Positions 24,461 to 32,000 of a DNA stretch of 32,000 nt are shown piece after piece. The DNA is from Pyrobaculum calidifontis JCM 11548 (GTDB lineage: Archaea > Thermoproteota > Thermoprotei > Thermoproteales > Thermoproteaceae): assembly GCF_000015805.1 (NCBI RefSeq), contig NC_009073.1, positions 780,001 through 812,000 on the forward strand, read 5' to 3'. The notes beneath the pieces were generated by a model that worked only from the letters and a program-made list of their open reading frames with translations, did no database searches and had not been told where the DNA came from. The position numbers and the translations under genes were made by a program. Each line of letters opens with the position of its first letter. The stretch's first letter is position 1.

Positions 24461-25434
24461 TGAAATATAGGATAATTGGCGAAGTAATTATAAAACTGTT
24501 TTTTATAACCGTTCTCTCATTCCTCATATACTACACAGTTAAGGAAGTCTTGCCGCTGTTCCACATAGCCATACCCCCAGAGTATATAGACTTCGTCAGG
24601 GGCTTGATCGTAGCCGCAGCCGGCATCATCGCAGTAAACGTCGTAGGCAACGCGGTCATACTATACTTAAAGCCCACCATACGCGAGAGGGCATACGCAG
24701 TGGGAAACACGGTCAAGGTAGTGGGCTTCCTATTCGTGATAATACTCGCCCTCGCCACGTCCAAGTTCGGAGTAGAATTCGCGGCGCTCGGAGGCACGGT
24801 GACGGGTCTCGTGCTCGGCCTCGCTCTCCAGCCAGTGCTCGGCAACCTATTCGCCGGACTGTTGATCTTGGCAACGCGTTTTGTCACAGTGGGCGACGTG
24901 GTTAGAATCACTACGTCGCAACTGCCATATCATTTGGCAACTCTCCCAGCCTATAAGTACTTCTCCCCCGACTACGTTGTGCCAGGCTTCAAGGGCAGAG
25001 TAGTGGAAATAGGGCTCTTTTACACCACCCTCCTCTTGGACACTGGCTATGAGATACGGGTGCCTAACTCCGTCTTGTTAAACGCGGGCGTAGTGGACTA
25101 CACGCCCGCGTGGAGCGAGAGCCAGATAGTGCTGGTGAGAGTGGAGCTCCCCCTCTCTGTCATCGATTTAGACAAGGCTGCGGACGAGATTAGAGAAGAG
25201 CTCAAGGACTTCGACGTAGTCGCTGTGGACTTCACAGAGCAAAGCGACAAGGATTTTGTAATAGTCAGAGTAAAAATCAGAGTGCCGCTCGGCAGAGACT
25301 GGCGGCCTGTCAAAAGCGAGGCCCTGAGAAGAATTTTGAAATACCGGGAGAAAAAGATCAGGGAGAATATGTACAAGTACCTGTGCTTGACTAGGGGCGT
25401 TGCGTGCGACAGATTTCTACAGCAGACTGGCTAG
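24460..25434 (+). CDS. mscS: Small-conductance mechanosensitive channel (MscS family)
   Basis: TM helices followed by GLALQPVLGNLFAGLLILATRFVTVGDVVRI, the MscS pore helix plus beta-domain signature. TAATG overlap with the peptidase gene. Confidence 0.8.
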   Translation: MKYRIIGEVIIKLFFITVLSFLIYYTVKEVLPLFHIAIPPEYIDFVRGLIVAAAGIIAVNVVGNAVILYLKPTIRERAYAVGNTVKVVGFLFVIILALATSKFGVEFAALGGTVTGLVLGLALQPVLGNLFAGLLILATRFVTVGDVVRITTSQLPYHLATLPAYKYFSPDYVVPGFKGRVVEIGLFYTTLLLDTGYEIRVPNSVLLNAGVVDYTPAWSESQIVLVRVELPLSVIDLDKAADEIREELKDFDVVAVDFTEQSDKDFVIVRVKIRVPLGRDWRPVKSEALRRILKYREKKIRENMYKYLCLTRGVACDRFLQQTG

Positions 25435-26135
25435 ACTCCGAGGTAGGCCTTCTTCACGTATTCGTCTTGTGCGAGCTCCTGTGGGGCCCCCTCCTTGACT
25501 ATGTGCCCGTTTTCAAGCACGTAGGCATAGTCGCTTATTTCCAGAGACGCGGCCACGTTTTGTTCCACTAGGAGAATAGAGACCTCCTCCTTAAGCCTTT
25601 TCACTACGTCGAATAAGTCGGCCACTACCTTGGGCGCGAGGCCGGCGCTCGGCTCGTCTAAGAGCAACACCTTGGGCCTAGACATCAACGCCCTGGCTAT
25701 AGCCAACATTTGTTGCTCCCCGCCGCTCATGGTCCCAGCCTTCTGCCTCCTCCTCTCTCTAAGCCTTGGGAAAAGCGAGTAGACCCACTCCAAGGTGTCT
25801 AACACCTTTTCCCGAGCTCTCTTCGTGTACGCCCCCATCAACAAGTTCTCTTCCACAGTCATATCGGCGAATAGGCGGCGGCCCTCAGGCACAAGCGCCA
25901 TTCCCAACTCTACCTTCTTATGCGGCGGCACATCGGTCACGTCTTTGCCGTCTAAAAACACCCGCCCAGCCCAGGGCTTCACCACCCCCATGGCCGTGAG
26001 AAGCGTGGTGGTTTTCCCAGCCCCGTTGGAGCCCAGGAGCGCCGTCACTGTGTTCTTCTCCACCCTCAACGAGACTCCGAACAACACCTTCAACTTCCCG
26101 TAGCCCGACTCCAGTCTTTCAAGCACTAACGCCAT
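25431..26135 (-). CDS. livF: ABC transporter ATP-binding protein, LivF-like (cluster 2)
   Basis: Walker A GSNGAGKTT, signature MSGGEQQMLAIARAL, Walker B LLLDEPSAGL, and the ending AYLGV. Confidence 0.85.
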   Translation of the reverse strand: MALVLERLESGYGKLKVLFGVSLRVEKNTVTALLGSNGAGKTTTLLTAMGVVKPWAGRVFLDGKDVTDVPPHKKVELGMALVPEGRRLFADMTVEENLLMGAYTKRAREKVLDTLEWVYSLFPRLRERRRQKAGTMSGGEQQMLAIARALMSRPKVLLLDEPSAGLAPKVVADLFDVVKRLKEEVSILLVEQNVAASLEISDYAYVLENGHIVKEGAPQELAQDEYVKKAYLGV

Positions 26136-26860
26136 GGCCTCCCCAGGTAGACCTCGACCACTCTGGGATCGTTTAACGCCTTCTCAGGGGGGCCCTCCGC
26201 TATTATCTTCCCCTGGTGCATTACGACTACCCTATGCGCAAGTCTAACAACGGCCCTCATCCTGTGTTCCACAAGCGAGATGGCAGATATGCCCCGCTCC
26301 TCGGAGAGGCGGCGGAGAAGCTCGACAAATCTGTCTATCTCCGTCGGCGTTAAGCCGGCCATCACTTCGTCTAAGAGGAGGAGCTTGGGGTTGCTGGCAA
26401 GCGCCCTGGCCAACTCCAAGAGCCTAAGCTCGTTAAACGTCAACTTCCCCGCCAGCTGGTCCTTCTTAGAGGCCAGACCCACGTAGGACAACGCCTCCTC
26501 AGCCGCCTCCCTAGCCTTGTGCAAGTCTAGCCCTCCGTTAAACACCGCGCCCACCACCACATTTTCAAGCACAGAGAGCTCTGGAAACGGGCGGGGGACT
26601 TGGAAGGCCCTAGCCATGCCCAACCTCGCCCTCTTGTAAGGCGGCAGATCTGTGACATCTCTGCCCTCAAAATAGACTCTGCCCTCGTCTGGCCTATATA
26701 CGCCGCTTATTATGTTGAGAAGTGTGGTCTTTCCAGACCCGTTGGGCCCAACCACTGCCAGAAACTCCCCCTTGCCCACCTCTAGCGACACTCCATCCAC
26801 CGCTCTCAGCCCGCCGAATTTCTTAACCACGTTTTCAAGCCTCAGAATCATGGCACCCAC
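26126..26860 (-). CDS. livG: ABC transporter ATP-binding protein, LivG-like (cluster 2), with a degenerate signature motif
   Basis: KKFGGL, Walker A GPNGSGKTT, Q-loop RAFQ, Walker B LLLDEVMAGL and H-loop VEH are present. The signature position reads LTFNE instead of LSGGQ/LxYGQ. Confidence 0.85.
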   Translation of the reverse strand: MGAMILRLENVVKKFGGLRAVDGVSLEVGKGEFLAVVGPNGSGKTTLLNIISGVYRPDEGRVYFEGRDVTDLPPYKRARLGMARAFQVPRPFPELSVLENVVVGAVFNGGLDLHKAREAAEEALSYVGLASKKDQLAGKLTFNELRLLELARALASNPKLLLLDEVMAGLTPTEIDRFVELLRRLSEERGISAISLVEHRMRAVVRLAHRVVVMHQGKIIAEGPPEKALNDPRVVEVYLGRPWR

Positions 26861-27813
26861 TCTCTGACTTTTGCTGGTAGGTATTCTTTCAGTGTCCCAA
26901 CTATGCCCTTAGGCATGAGAATTACCACTGCCATGAGCAACAACGCAGTAGCCAATACTTGGTAACCTGGTGCAAAGAGCCCCACGAGGTTTCTGACTAA
27001 CACATAGATGAGGCCGCCCACTATGGGCCCAGTGACTGTGCCAGCGCCGCCTAGAAAAACGACCGCCAAGCCGTCCAGTATGTACTCGATGAAAAACACG
27101 TTTTCTGGAAATATCTGCATATTACCAAGTGGGAAATGCGCCGCGCCAAGGAGGCCGGACAATGATGCGCTTGTAATAAATGCCAATAACTTGTACTTCG
27201 TCGGGTTTATCCCCATGACCTTCGCCGCGTCTTCGTCTTGGCGGACAGCCGCAAGAGCCAGGCCGGCTTTACTGGCCTGAATTAGGTACATTGCCACCAC
27301 TGCGATTAGGCCAGTGGCTATTACCAGCGTTGTGGACCCTACATTGGCCAAGAACAACGCAGTGTCTCTACCAAAGGCCTTGAACATGCTTGTGCCAAGG
27401 ATAAGGCCAGCGCCGCCGCCCCAAATGTTTGCCCCGATTATAAGATGCTTCAACCCCTCGTTTACCCCTATTGTGGCTATGGCAAAGTAGGCGCCTCTCA
27501 GCCTAAGCGCTATGCCGCCCACAGCGGTTGCTAAAGCAGCCGCCATAAATACGCCGAGTAAAAGGCCCATCGGCAAAGCGTATATGCCCAACTGCGGCCA
27601 GTAGTACACGACAATCCCGAGGCCGTAGGCTCCCATGGCCAAAAAGGCTGCGTAGCCGAAGTCGACGTACCCTGTCAAGCCCACGAAGATGTTGACAGCC
27701 TGCCCCAGTGCCATGAAGAAGGCAAAAGTGGCGACAGCCTTGGAGTACTCAGGGTACAAAACCGCCACGGCTATAAGTAGGAGGTATATGGAGAGGGGGA
27801 GGTACGGCTTCAT
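26848..27813 (-). CDS. livM: ABC permease, LivM-like (cluster 2)
   Basis: Polytopic protein with GYVDFGYAAF and the RQDEDAAKVMGINP loop typical of LivM. Confidence 0.8.
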   Translation of the reverse strand: MKPYLPLSIYLLLIAVAVLYPEYSKAVATFAFFMALGQAVNIFVGLTGYVDFGYAAFLAMGAYGLGIVVYYWPQLGIYALPMGLLLGVFMAAALATAVGGIALRLRGAYFAIATIGVNEGLKHLIIGANIWGGGAGLILGTSMFKAFGRDTALFLANVGSTTLVIATGLIAVVAMYLIQASKAGLALAAVRQDEDAAKVMGINPTKYKLLAFITSASLSGLLGAAHFPLGNMQIFPENVFFIEYILDGLAVVFLGGAGTVTGPIVGGLIYVLVRNLVGLFAPGYQVLATALLLMAVVILMPKGIVGTLKEYLPAKVREWVP

Positions 27814-28685
27814 AGCTTCAACAGTCCAGTTGGCTTAAACAGCAGTATTACTAGCAGGAGGACAAACGCCGTGAAAAGCGCCATTTGCGAAGGCTCGGCG
27901 AAGCCAAGGTATGAAAAGGCGTAGAACCCCACAGACTCTATTATTCCGAAGATTAGCCCAGCGACGTAGGCGCCCAGCACAGAGCCCAGGCCGCCCAGTA
28001 CGGCAATTACAAACCCAATCAGCGTGTAGGGCCCTCCCATGTACGGATTTATGCCAACGGGAATGAAGAGAGTTAGAAGTACACCGCCCATGGTAGTTAT
28101 GGCGATGCCCAAGGCCGCGGCGAAGGCGTACACCCTATCAACGTTCACTCCCACTACTTGTGCGCCCACTGGGTCCTGCACCACTGCCCTAACGGCGCGG
28201 CCCAGGTAGGTCTTCTTCAACATAAAGTCTATTGCCAAGGCCACTACGAGCGCAAAAACTGCGCCCAGGGCCTTGCCGTAGTCTACCTCGAGGCCGGCGA
28301 CTGAGAAGCTGCCGATAGACCACCTATATCCCACGAAGTCGGGGCCCCACAACACGCGGGCCACCTCGGCTATGAACATCCCGAGCGCAAACAGCGCCAC
28401 CAGCGTATGCAACTCCCCCATCTTCCTCAGCGGCTTAATAACGCCTAAGTAGACAAGGTACCCCATCAATGCGCCAAGCCCAAAGCCCAAGGCCGCGGAC
28501 AAGAAGGGCACGATGCCCCACAGCGTAAACGCGAAAAAGGCCGTGTAGGCGCCTATCATTATGAAGGAGCCATGCGCCACGTTGGCCACTCTCAACACGC
28601 CAAAGATGAGGCTAAGCCCGAGGGTAGTCAAGCCGTAGATAGAGCCGATGATAATCCCAGAGAGGAAAAAAGGGAGTACGTCCAT
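27810..28685 (-). CDS. livH: ABC permease, LivH-like (cluster 2)
   Basis: GLSLIFGVLRVANVAHGSFIMIGAY and the VQDPVGAQVVGVNV loop typical of LivH. 4-nt overlap with livM. Confidence 0.8.
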   Translation of the reverse strand: MDVLPFFLSGIIIGSIYGLTTLGLSLIFGVLRVANVAHGSFIMIGAYTAFFAFTLWGIVPFLSAALGFGLGALMGYLVYLGVIKPLRKMGELHTLVALFALGMFIAEVARVLWGPDFVGYRWSIGSFSVAGLEVDYGKALGAVFALVVALAIDFMLKKTYLGRAVRAVVQDPVGAQVVGVNVDRVYAFAAALGIAITTMGGVLLTLFIPVGINPYMGGPYTLIGFVIAVLGGLGSVLGAYVAGLIFGIIESVGFYAFSYLGFAEPSQMALFTAFVLLLVILLFKPTGLLKL

Positions 28686-30098
28686 TTACTTACAGACGGC
28701 GCCGCCCAGCTTCGCCTCCCACGTAAGCGAGGGGTAGGCCAGCTTGCCCTCGGCGACGGCTGAGGGCCACACCACAACCCTTGTGCCGTTCTGCCACTGG
28801 GTGACTACCATTGAGTGGGCCACGTTTAAATTCGTGGCGGGGTCTAGCTTAAACTCGCTGAAGAAAGTCATAAACCTGGCGTTTTGCAAGGCCTTTAGCA
28901 CATCGTTGGAGCTCGCCGACTGGGCCTTGTAGACTCCGTATAACAGCGCCAAGACGCCCTCCGCGGCCCACGCGGCGTGATAGCCTGGGTCCACCTCTTT
29001 GCCGCTCATCTCCTTAGCCACCTTCTTGAAGTACGTTATGAACTCCTCTCTCGTGGGGCCAAACCACTCGACTCCCCTCTGCTTGGCTAACTCCGGCGTG
29101 TAGCGGACTCCGGGCTCCCAGTGAGACGGGCCCAGTATACACTCGGCTAAGCTCTTCAACGACGTGTAGAACTCGGGCACCAGTGGGGCCACGGAGAGGG
29201 CGATGGCCTTTGCATTCACCTTCTGCTCCGCCAACTGTTGCACGGCCAACTGCCCATCGGCGAAGTGCGACGCCACGATTATTACATCGGGGTTCGCTTG
29301 TTTAACCTTGAGAATCTGGGGCGTGAGGTCCTTGGGAGACGAGGGGTACACCTCGTATACCACCACCTGGAGGCCGAGCTTCTCGGCGTACGCCTTTGCC
29401 CCCTCTGCCACCTGCCTATTAAACTCGCTGTCTCTGTACAAAATGGCCACAGTCTTTACCGTCGGATCCCTCTGCTTTATCATATCGAGGACGGGCACCA
29501 TGTACTGACTCGCCACCGCGGCTACTCCTAAGACGTACTTAAACCCCTGTTGGAATATGCGGTCGGAGGAGGCCCCCACCACCGCCATGAGGACGCCGTA
29601 TTTCTCAGCTATTGACGAAACGCCGAGCGCCAAGTCGGAGCCGTAGGGGCTGAGGAGGAAGTTCACCTTGTCCTGAGTGATAAGAGACTCGGTGATGCTC
29701 TGCGCGAGCTCTAGCTTAGATTCGCTGTCCCTATACACAAGCCTCACCCTCACCTTCTTACCGCCGCAGTCTAGCCCACCCTGGTCGTTAATCCAATTGA
29801 CCACAGCCAAGGCGCCCCAGAGCGAGTACTGCCCCTCAGCCGCATATCTCCCAGAGATGGGCATTGCGGTGCCTATAACAATTTCATCGGGGCATTTAGC
29901 AGAGGGAGAAGGCGAGGAGGTGGCTTGAGTTGTCGTTGTTTGTGCTGGCGTAGTGGCCGGTTGAGTAGTAGTTGTGGGTTTCGCGGTTGTGGGTGTTACC
30001 GGTGCGGGCTGTTGAGGCGTGAGGAGCCAAGACGCTATTCCAATAGCTATAATAACAACGATAATGGTGGTTATTATTACTAGGTTTTTTGTCTGCAT
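28686..30098 (-). CDS. Liv-type substrate-binding protein with an N-terminal TM anchor and a Thr/Pro-rich linker (cluster 2)
   Basis: MQTKNLVIITTIIVVIIAIGIASWLL, then TPQQPAPVTPTTAKPTTTTQPATTPAQTTTTQATSSPSPS, then IGTAMPISGRYAAEGQ. A TATA (GTTTTTAAAC on the minus strand, 30117-30126) lies about 23 nt upstream. Confidence 0.8.
   Translation of the reverse strand: MQTKNLVIITTIIVVIIAIGIASWLLTPQQPAPVTPTTAKPTTTTQPATTPAQTTTTQATSSPSPSAKCPDEIVIGTAMPISGRYAAEGQYSLWGALAVVNWINDQGGLDCGGKKVRVRLVYRDSESKLELAQSITESLITQDKVNFLLSPYGSDLALGVSSIAEKYGVLMAVVGASSDRIFQQGFKYVLGVAAVASQYMVPVLDMIKQRDPTVKTVAILYRDSEFNRQVAEGAKAYAEKLGLQVVVYEVYPSSPKDLTPQILKVKQANPDVIIVASHFADGQLAVQQLAEQKVNAKAIALSVAPLVPEFYTSLKSLAECILGPSHWEPGVRYTPELAKQRGVEWFGPTREEFITYFKKVAKEMSGKEVDPGYHAAWAAEGVLALLYGVYKAQSASSNDVLKALQNARFMTFFSEFKLDPATNLNVAHSMVVTQWQNGTRVVVWPSAVAEGKLAYPSLTWEAKLGGAVCK
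29898..30020 (-). repeat. Low-complexity Thr/Pro/Ser-rich linker coding segment (cluster 2 binding protein)
   Basis: Corresponds to residues 27-67 of the 470-aa protein. Confidence 0.7.
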
Positions 30099-30292
30099 AG
30101 AGCTGAGATTTCAAATGTTTAAAAACTTATTTATCGTTACTCGACGTAGAGGTACAATTCGCCTATATTAAGATTTAAACATAGTTTTAACCAGAAAATG
30201 AGGTACATAATACCGATTATCTAAGCGCCTATGCGCTGTCGCAATGGGTATAGGCCAGAATCGCTTATAATAAATAAGACGTAACACCTACG

Positions 30293-30802
30293 TCAGAGGA
30301 GGTACGATTTTGCCACCAAGTTCTTCGCTTTCACCTGGAAATACCTGACGCCTATAATGGAGAGGCTAAGTCCTAAAAAAGCGGACTGCGCATTATCAAA
30401 GTATCTGAGTCCCATTCGCCCCAGACCTCCTAAATTATCTTTGAACTTGTCAAGCCGTCTCCCGCCGCCTGCCTCATGACAGAGTATATGTTGACGAGGG
30501 GACGCGGCGTAACCGGAAACTTGACTGCGGCGAGTAAGCCCCTCTTTACCCCAATAAAGAGGGCTGACAGGCGTCGTGGTGAATGAAGGATTTAAACGCG
30601 CTATTTGGCCTAGCCGTGTCTCTAGGTGGGTTAGTTGATGTCGCCTTAGACTCCCTTTACGTCTTTCTACTCCCCACGGCAATAGCGGCGGCGCCAAGCA
30701 TATTTGTCGCTCTACCGCAGAGACGGAAATATGGCGGAGTGTGGTAGCCGTTATAAACGGCTTAGTGGTCTGCCCACGGTTTCCTGGCCCCTCTACCTCC
30801 AC
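30293..30802 (-). mobile_element. IS5-family-like transposase remnant (169-aa ORF with N- and C-terminal motifs retained and the DDE core missing)
   Basis: SAVERQICLAPPLLPWGVERRKGSLRRHQL resembles the W-E-R-I-x-P-L-L-P...G-R-P-R-R-x-x-L N-terminal domain of IS5/IS427-type transposases. RRLDKFKDNLGGLGRMGLRYFDNAQSAFLGLSLSII aligns without gaps to the C-terminal V-E-R-F-F-x-x-L-K-x-x-R-R-I-A-T-R-Y-(D/E)-K-x-A-x-N-(F/Y)-L-A pattern. At 169 aa the ORF is too short for a complete enzyme. The comparison is from memory of family consensus, not a search. Confidence 0.45.
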
Positions 30803-31023
30803 GGCTAGGAGGGCCCTTGGGCTTTTTGGACGGGCTGTACACTCTTAACGCTGTTGTGCTGGAGTACAGTCCCCTCATCCTGCTCCTCTACACGGCGTTT
30901 GTCCACAAAACCATGCTTGGTGAGCGGGACACGGCCATGCAGTTAAGCGTCATGCTCTTATGTCGTGTCTAAATTCTACATATTAGTGAAATAAATCATT
31001 TTTTATTGTAAAAATGGTTTTTT

Positions 31024-32000
31024 GTGAAAAGGATAGCAGTTCTAGGGGGAGGTACAGGAGGCTTAATAGTGGCAAATTTACTTGCGCGCAATCTCCGTAG
31101 AGAAATTGTAAAAGGAGAGGTAGATCTCATGCTGTTTGACAAAAGTAATACGTATATATTAGAGGCGGGGCTTCTCCCCTATGTGGCACACGCATTTGAC
31201 GAAGAAGATTTAAAATATAACAAGAGAACTCTTCTCGACCCTGTAATTAAGTACTATACAGGGCCTAGTGGAACTATTACATATATTGACTTGAAAAACA
31301 GAAAGTTTAAAACACAAGATGGAAAAGAGTATAGCTATGACTACTTAGTAATAGCGCTGGGATGTACCTACGACATAAGCCAACCCCCCGGACTTAAAGA
31401 CGACTACCACACCTACTACGAGTTTGAAAAAGCGAAAGAGCTCAGAGAAATGCTTGAGCGTTTTACGGGGGGCTCAATTGTACAAATGGTTTACATGCCC
31501 GACGTTCCTATTAAGTGTCCCATAGCATCTGGCAAAGGCCCACTCCTAATAGACAGCTACCTTAGCCATGTGAGAAGACTGCGCGGCAAATACATGGTTA
31601 CGGTGGTGACCACCGTGGACCACCTACATGCACAGCCAGAGGTAAATAAAGTCCTAGAAGAGAGACTGAGGGAGAGAGGACATACGTGGATATACAACTT
31701 TGAACCTTCTGAGGTAGACCCGAAAAAGAAAGAGGTCATAGCAACAAACGGCGAGAGGGTAAAATACGACCTGCTAATAACCATACCCCTTCACAGAGGC
31801 CCTGAGGTGATTAAAAAGTCTGAAATAGGCGATCCATACGGCTTCTTGCCGGGAGATAGATATACGTTGACGTACAGGAGGGGGAAAGAACATTACGACG
31901 AAGTGTACATAGTTGGCGACGTTGCTAATATAGGCGTTGCACGCGCCGGCGCTGTAGCACACTACGAGGCCTACGTAGTTGCCCACAACATAGCCAGCGA
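31024..32000 (+). CDS. FAD-dependent pyridine-nucleotide-disulfide oxidoreductase, sulfide:quinone oxidoreductase / NDH-2-like (3' end outside window)
   Basis: Not in the ORF track because there is no stop in the window. I translated it by hand from GTG 31024: VKRIAVLGGGTGGLIVANLLARNL...YDYLVIALGCTYD...IKCPIA...VYIVGDVANIGVARAGAVAHYEAYVVAHNIAS, with no stop codon to position 32000. It has an N-terminal GxGxxG FAD fold and a second dinucleotide/FAD motif VGD near the end. Confidence 0.75.
   Translation, partial: MKRIAVLGGGTGGLIVANLLARNLRREIVKGEVDLMLFDKSNTYILEAGLLPYVAHAFDEEDLKYNKRTLLDPVIKYYTGPSGTITYIDLKNRKFKTQDGKEYSYDYLVIALGCTYDISQPPGLKDDYHTYYEFEKAKELREMLERFTGGSIVQMVYMPDVPIKCPIASGKGPLLIDSYLSHVRRLRGKYMVTVVTTVDHLHAQPEVNKVLEERLRERGHTWIYNFEPSEVDPKKKEVIATNGERVKYDLLITIPLHRGPEVIKKSEIGDPYGFLPGDRYTLTYRRGKEHYDEVYIVGDVANIGVARAGAVAHYEAYVVAHNIAS

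Noticed and set aside
30808-30942. Stop-bounded minus-strand frame LHGRVPLTKHGFVDKRRVEEQDEGTVLQHNSVKSVQPVQKAQGPS, possibly a gene fragment (wing-like GFVDKRR segment)
   Set aside because: It has no start codon, is only 45 codons long, and bears only a vague resemblance to wHTH wings. It may be debris in the A/T-rich island, but I cannot support a call.

Overview
The window looks like a densely packed chromosomal segment from a GC-rich hyperthermophilic crenarchaeon of the Thermoproteales type (Pyrobaculum/Thermoproteus-like). That assignment is an inference from three things: the archaeal protein set (aIF-2 beta, S6e, TmcA, archaeal-type TIM), the Thr/Pro-rich membrane-anchored binding proteins, and a TATA-like box about 22-26 nt upstream of almost every start codon, which implies leaderless mRNAs. 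I support about 34 protein-coding genes.

Gene content, left to right:
- tpiA (5' partial), three small uncharacterised genes, rps6e and a stand-alone RAM-domain protein.
- A divergently organised Liv-type ABC importer (K-G-F on the minus strand, H-M on the plus strand).
- A 335-nt non-coding gap.
- A wHTH protein with a hydrophobic tail, coupled to an EamA transporter.
- An MqnA/MqnD-family protein and tmcA.
- Two secreted or surface glycoprotein candidates.
- EamA, aIF-2 beta, and an acyl-CoA cluster: DUF35 protein, thiolase, acyl-CoA dehydrogenase, acyl-CoA ligase, aldo/keto reductase, and a fused 3-hydroxyacyl-CoA dehydrogenase/enoyl-CoA hydratase.
- An M42 peptidase and MscS.
- A second, collinear Liv-type ABC operon (K-H-M-G-F).
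- At the right edge, an A/T-rich segment holding an internally deleted IS5-like transposase remnant and a partial SQR/NDH-2-like flavoprotein gene that is missing from the ORF track because it runs off the window.

I recognised no rRNA, tRNA, CRISPR array or convincing C/D-box sRNA. I found no clear multi-gene novel system such as a defence island, and most of the window is ordinary core metabolism.

The best leads are:
- the sequon-saturated secreted protein and its anchored neighbour (12615-14194);
- the orphan-TATA non-coding gap (7662-7996);
- the wHTH-TM/EamA pair;
- the triple direct repeat upstream of 12615;
- the degenerate ABC signature in the second LivG;
- the A/T-rich, IS-associated right end.

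All functional calls come from motif recognition by eye. No database search was run.
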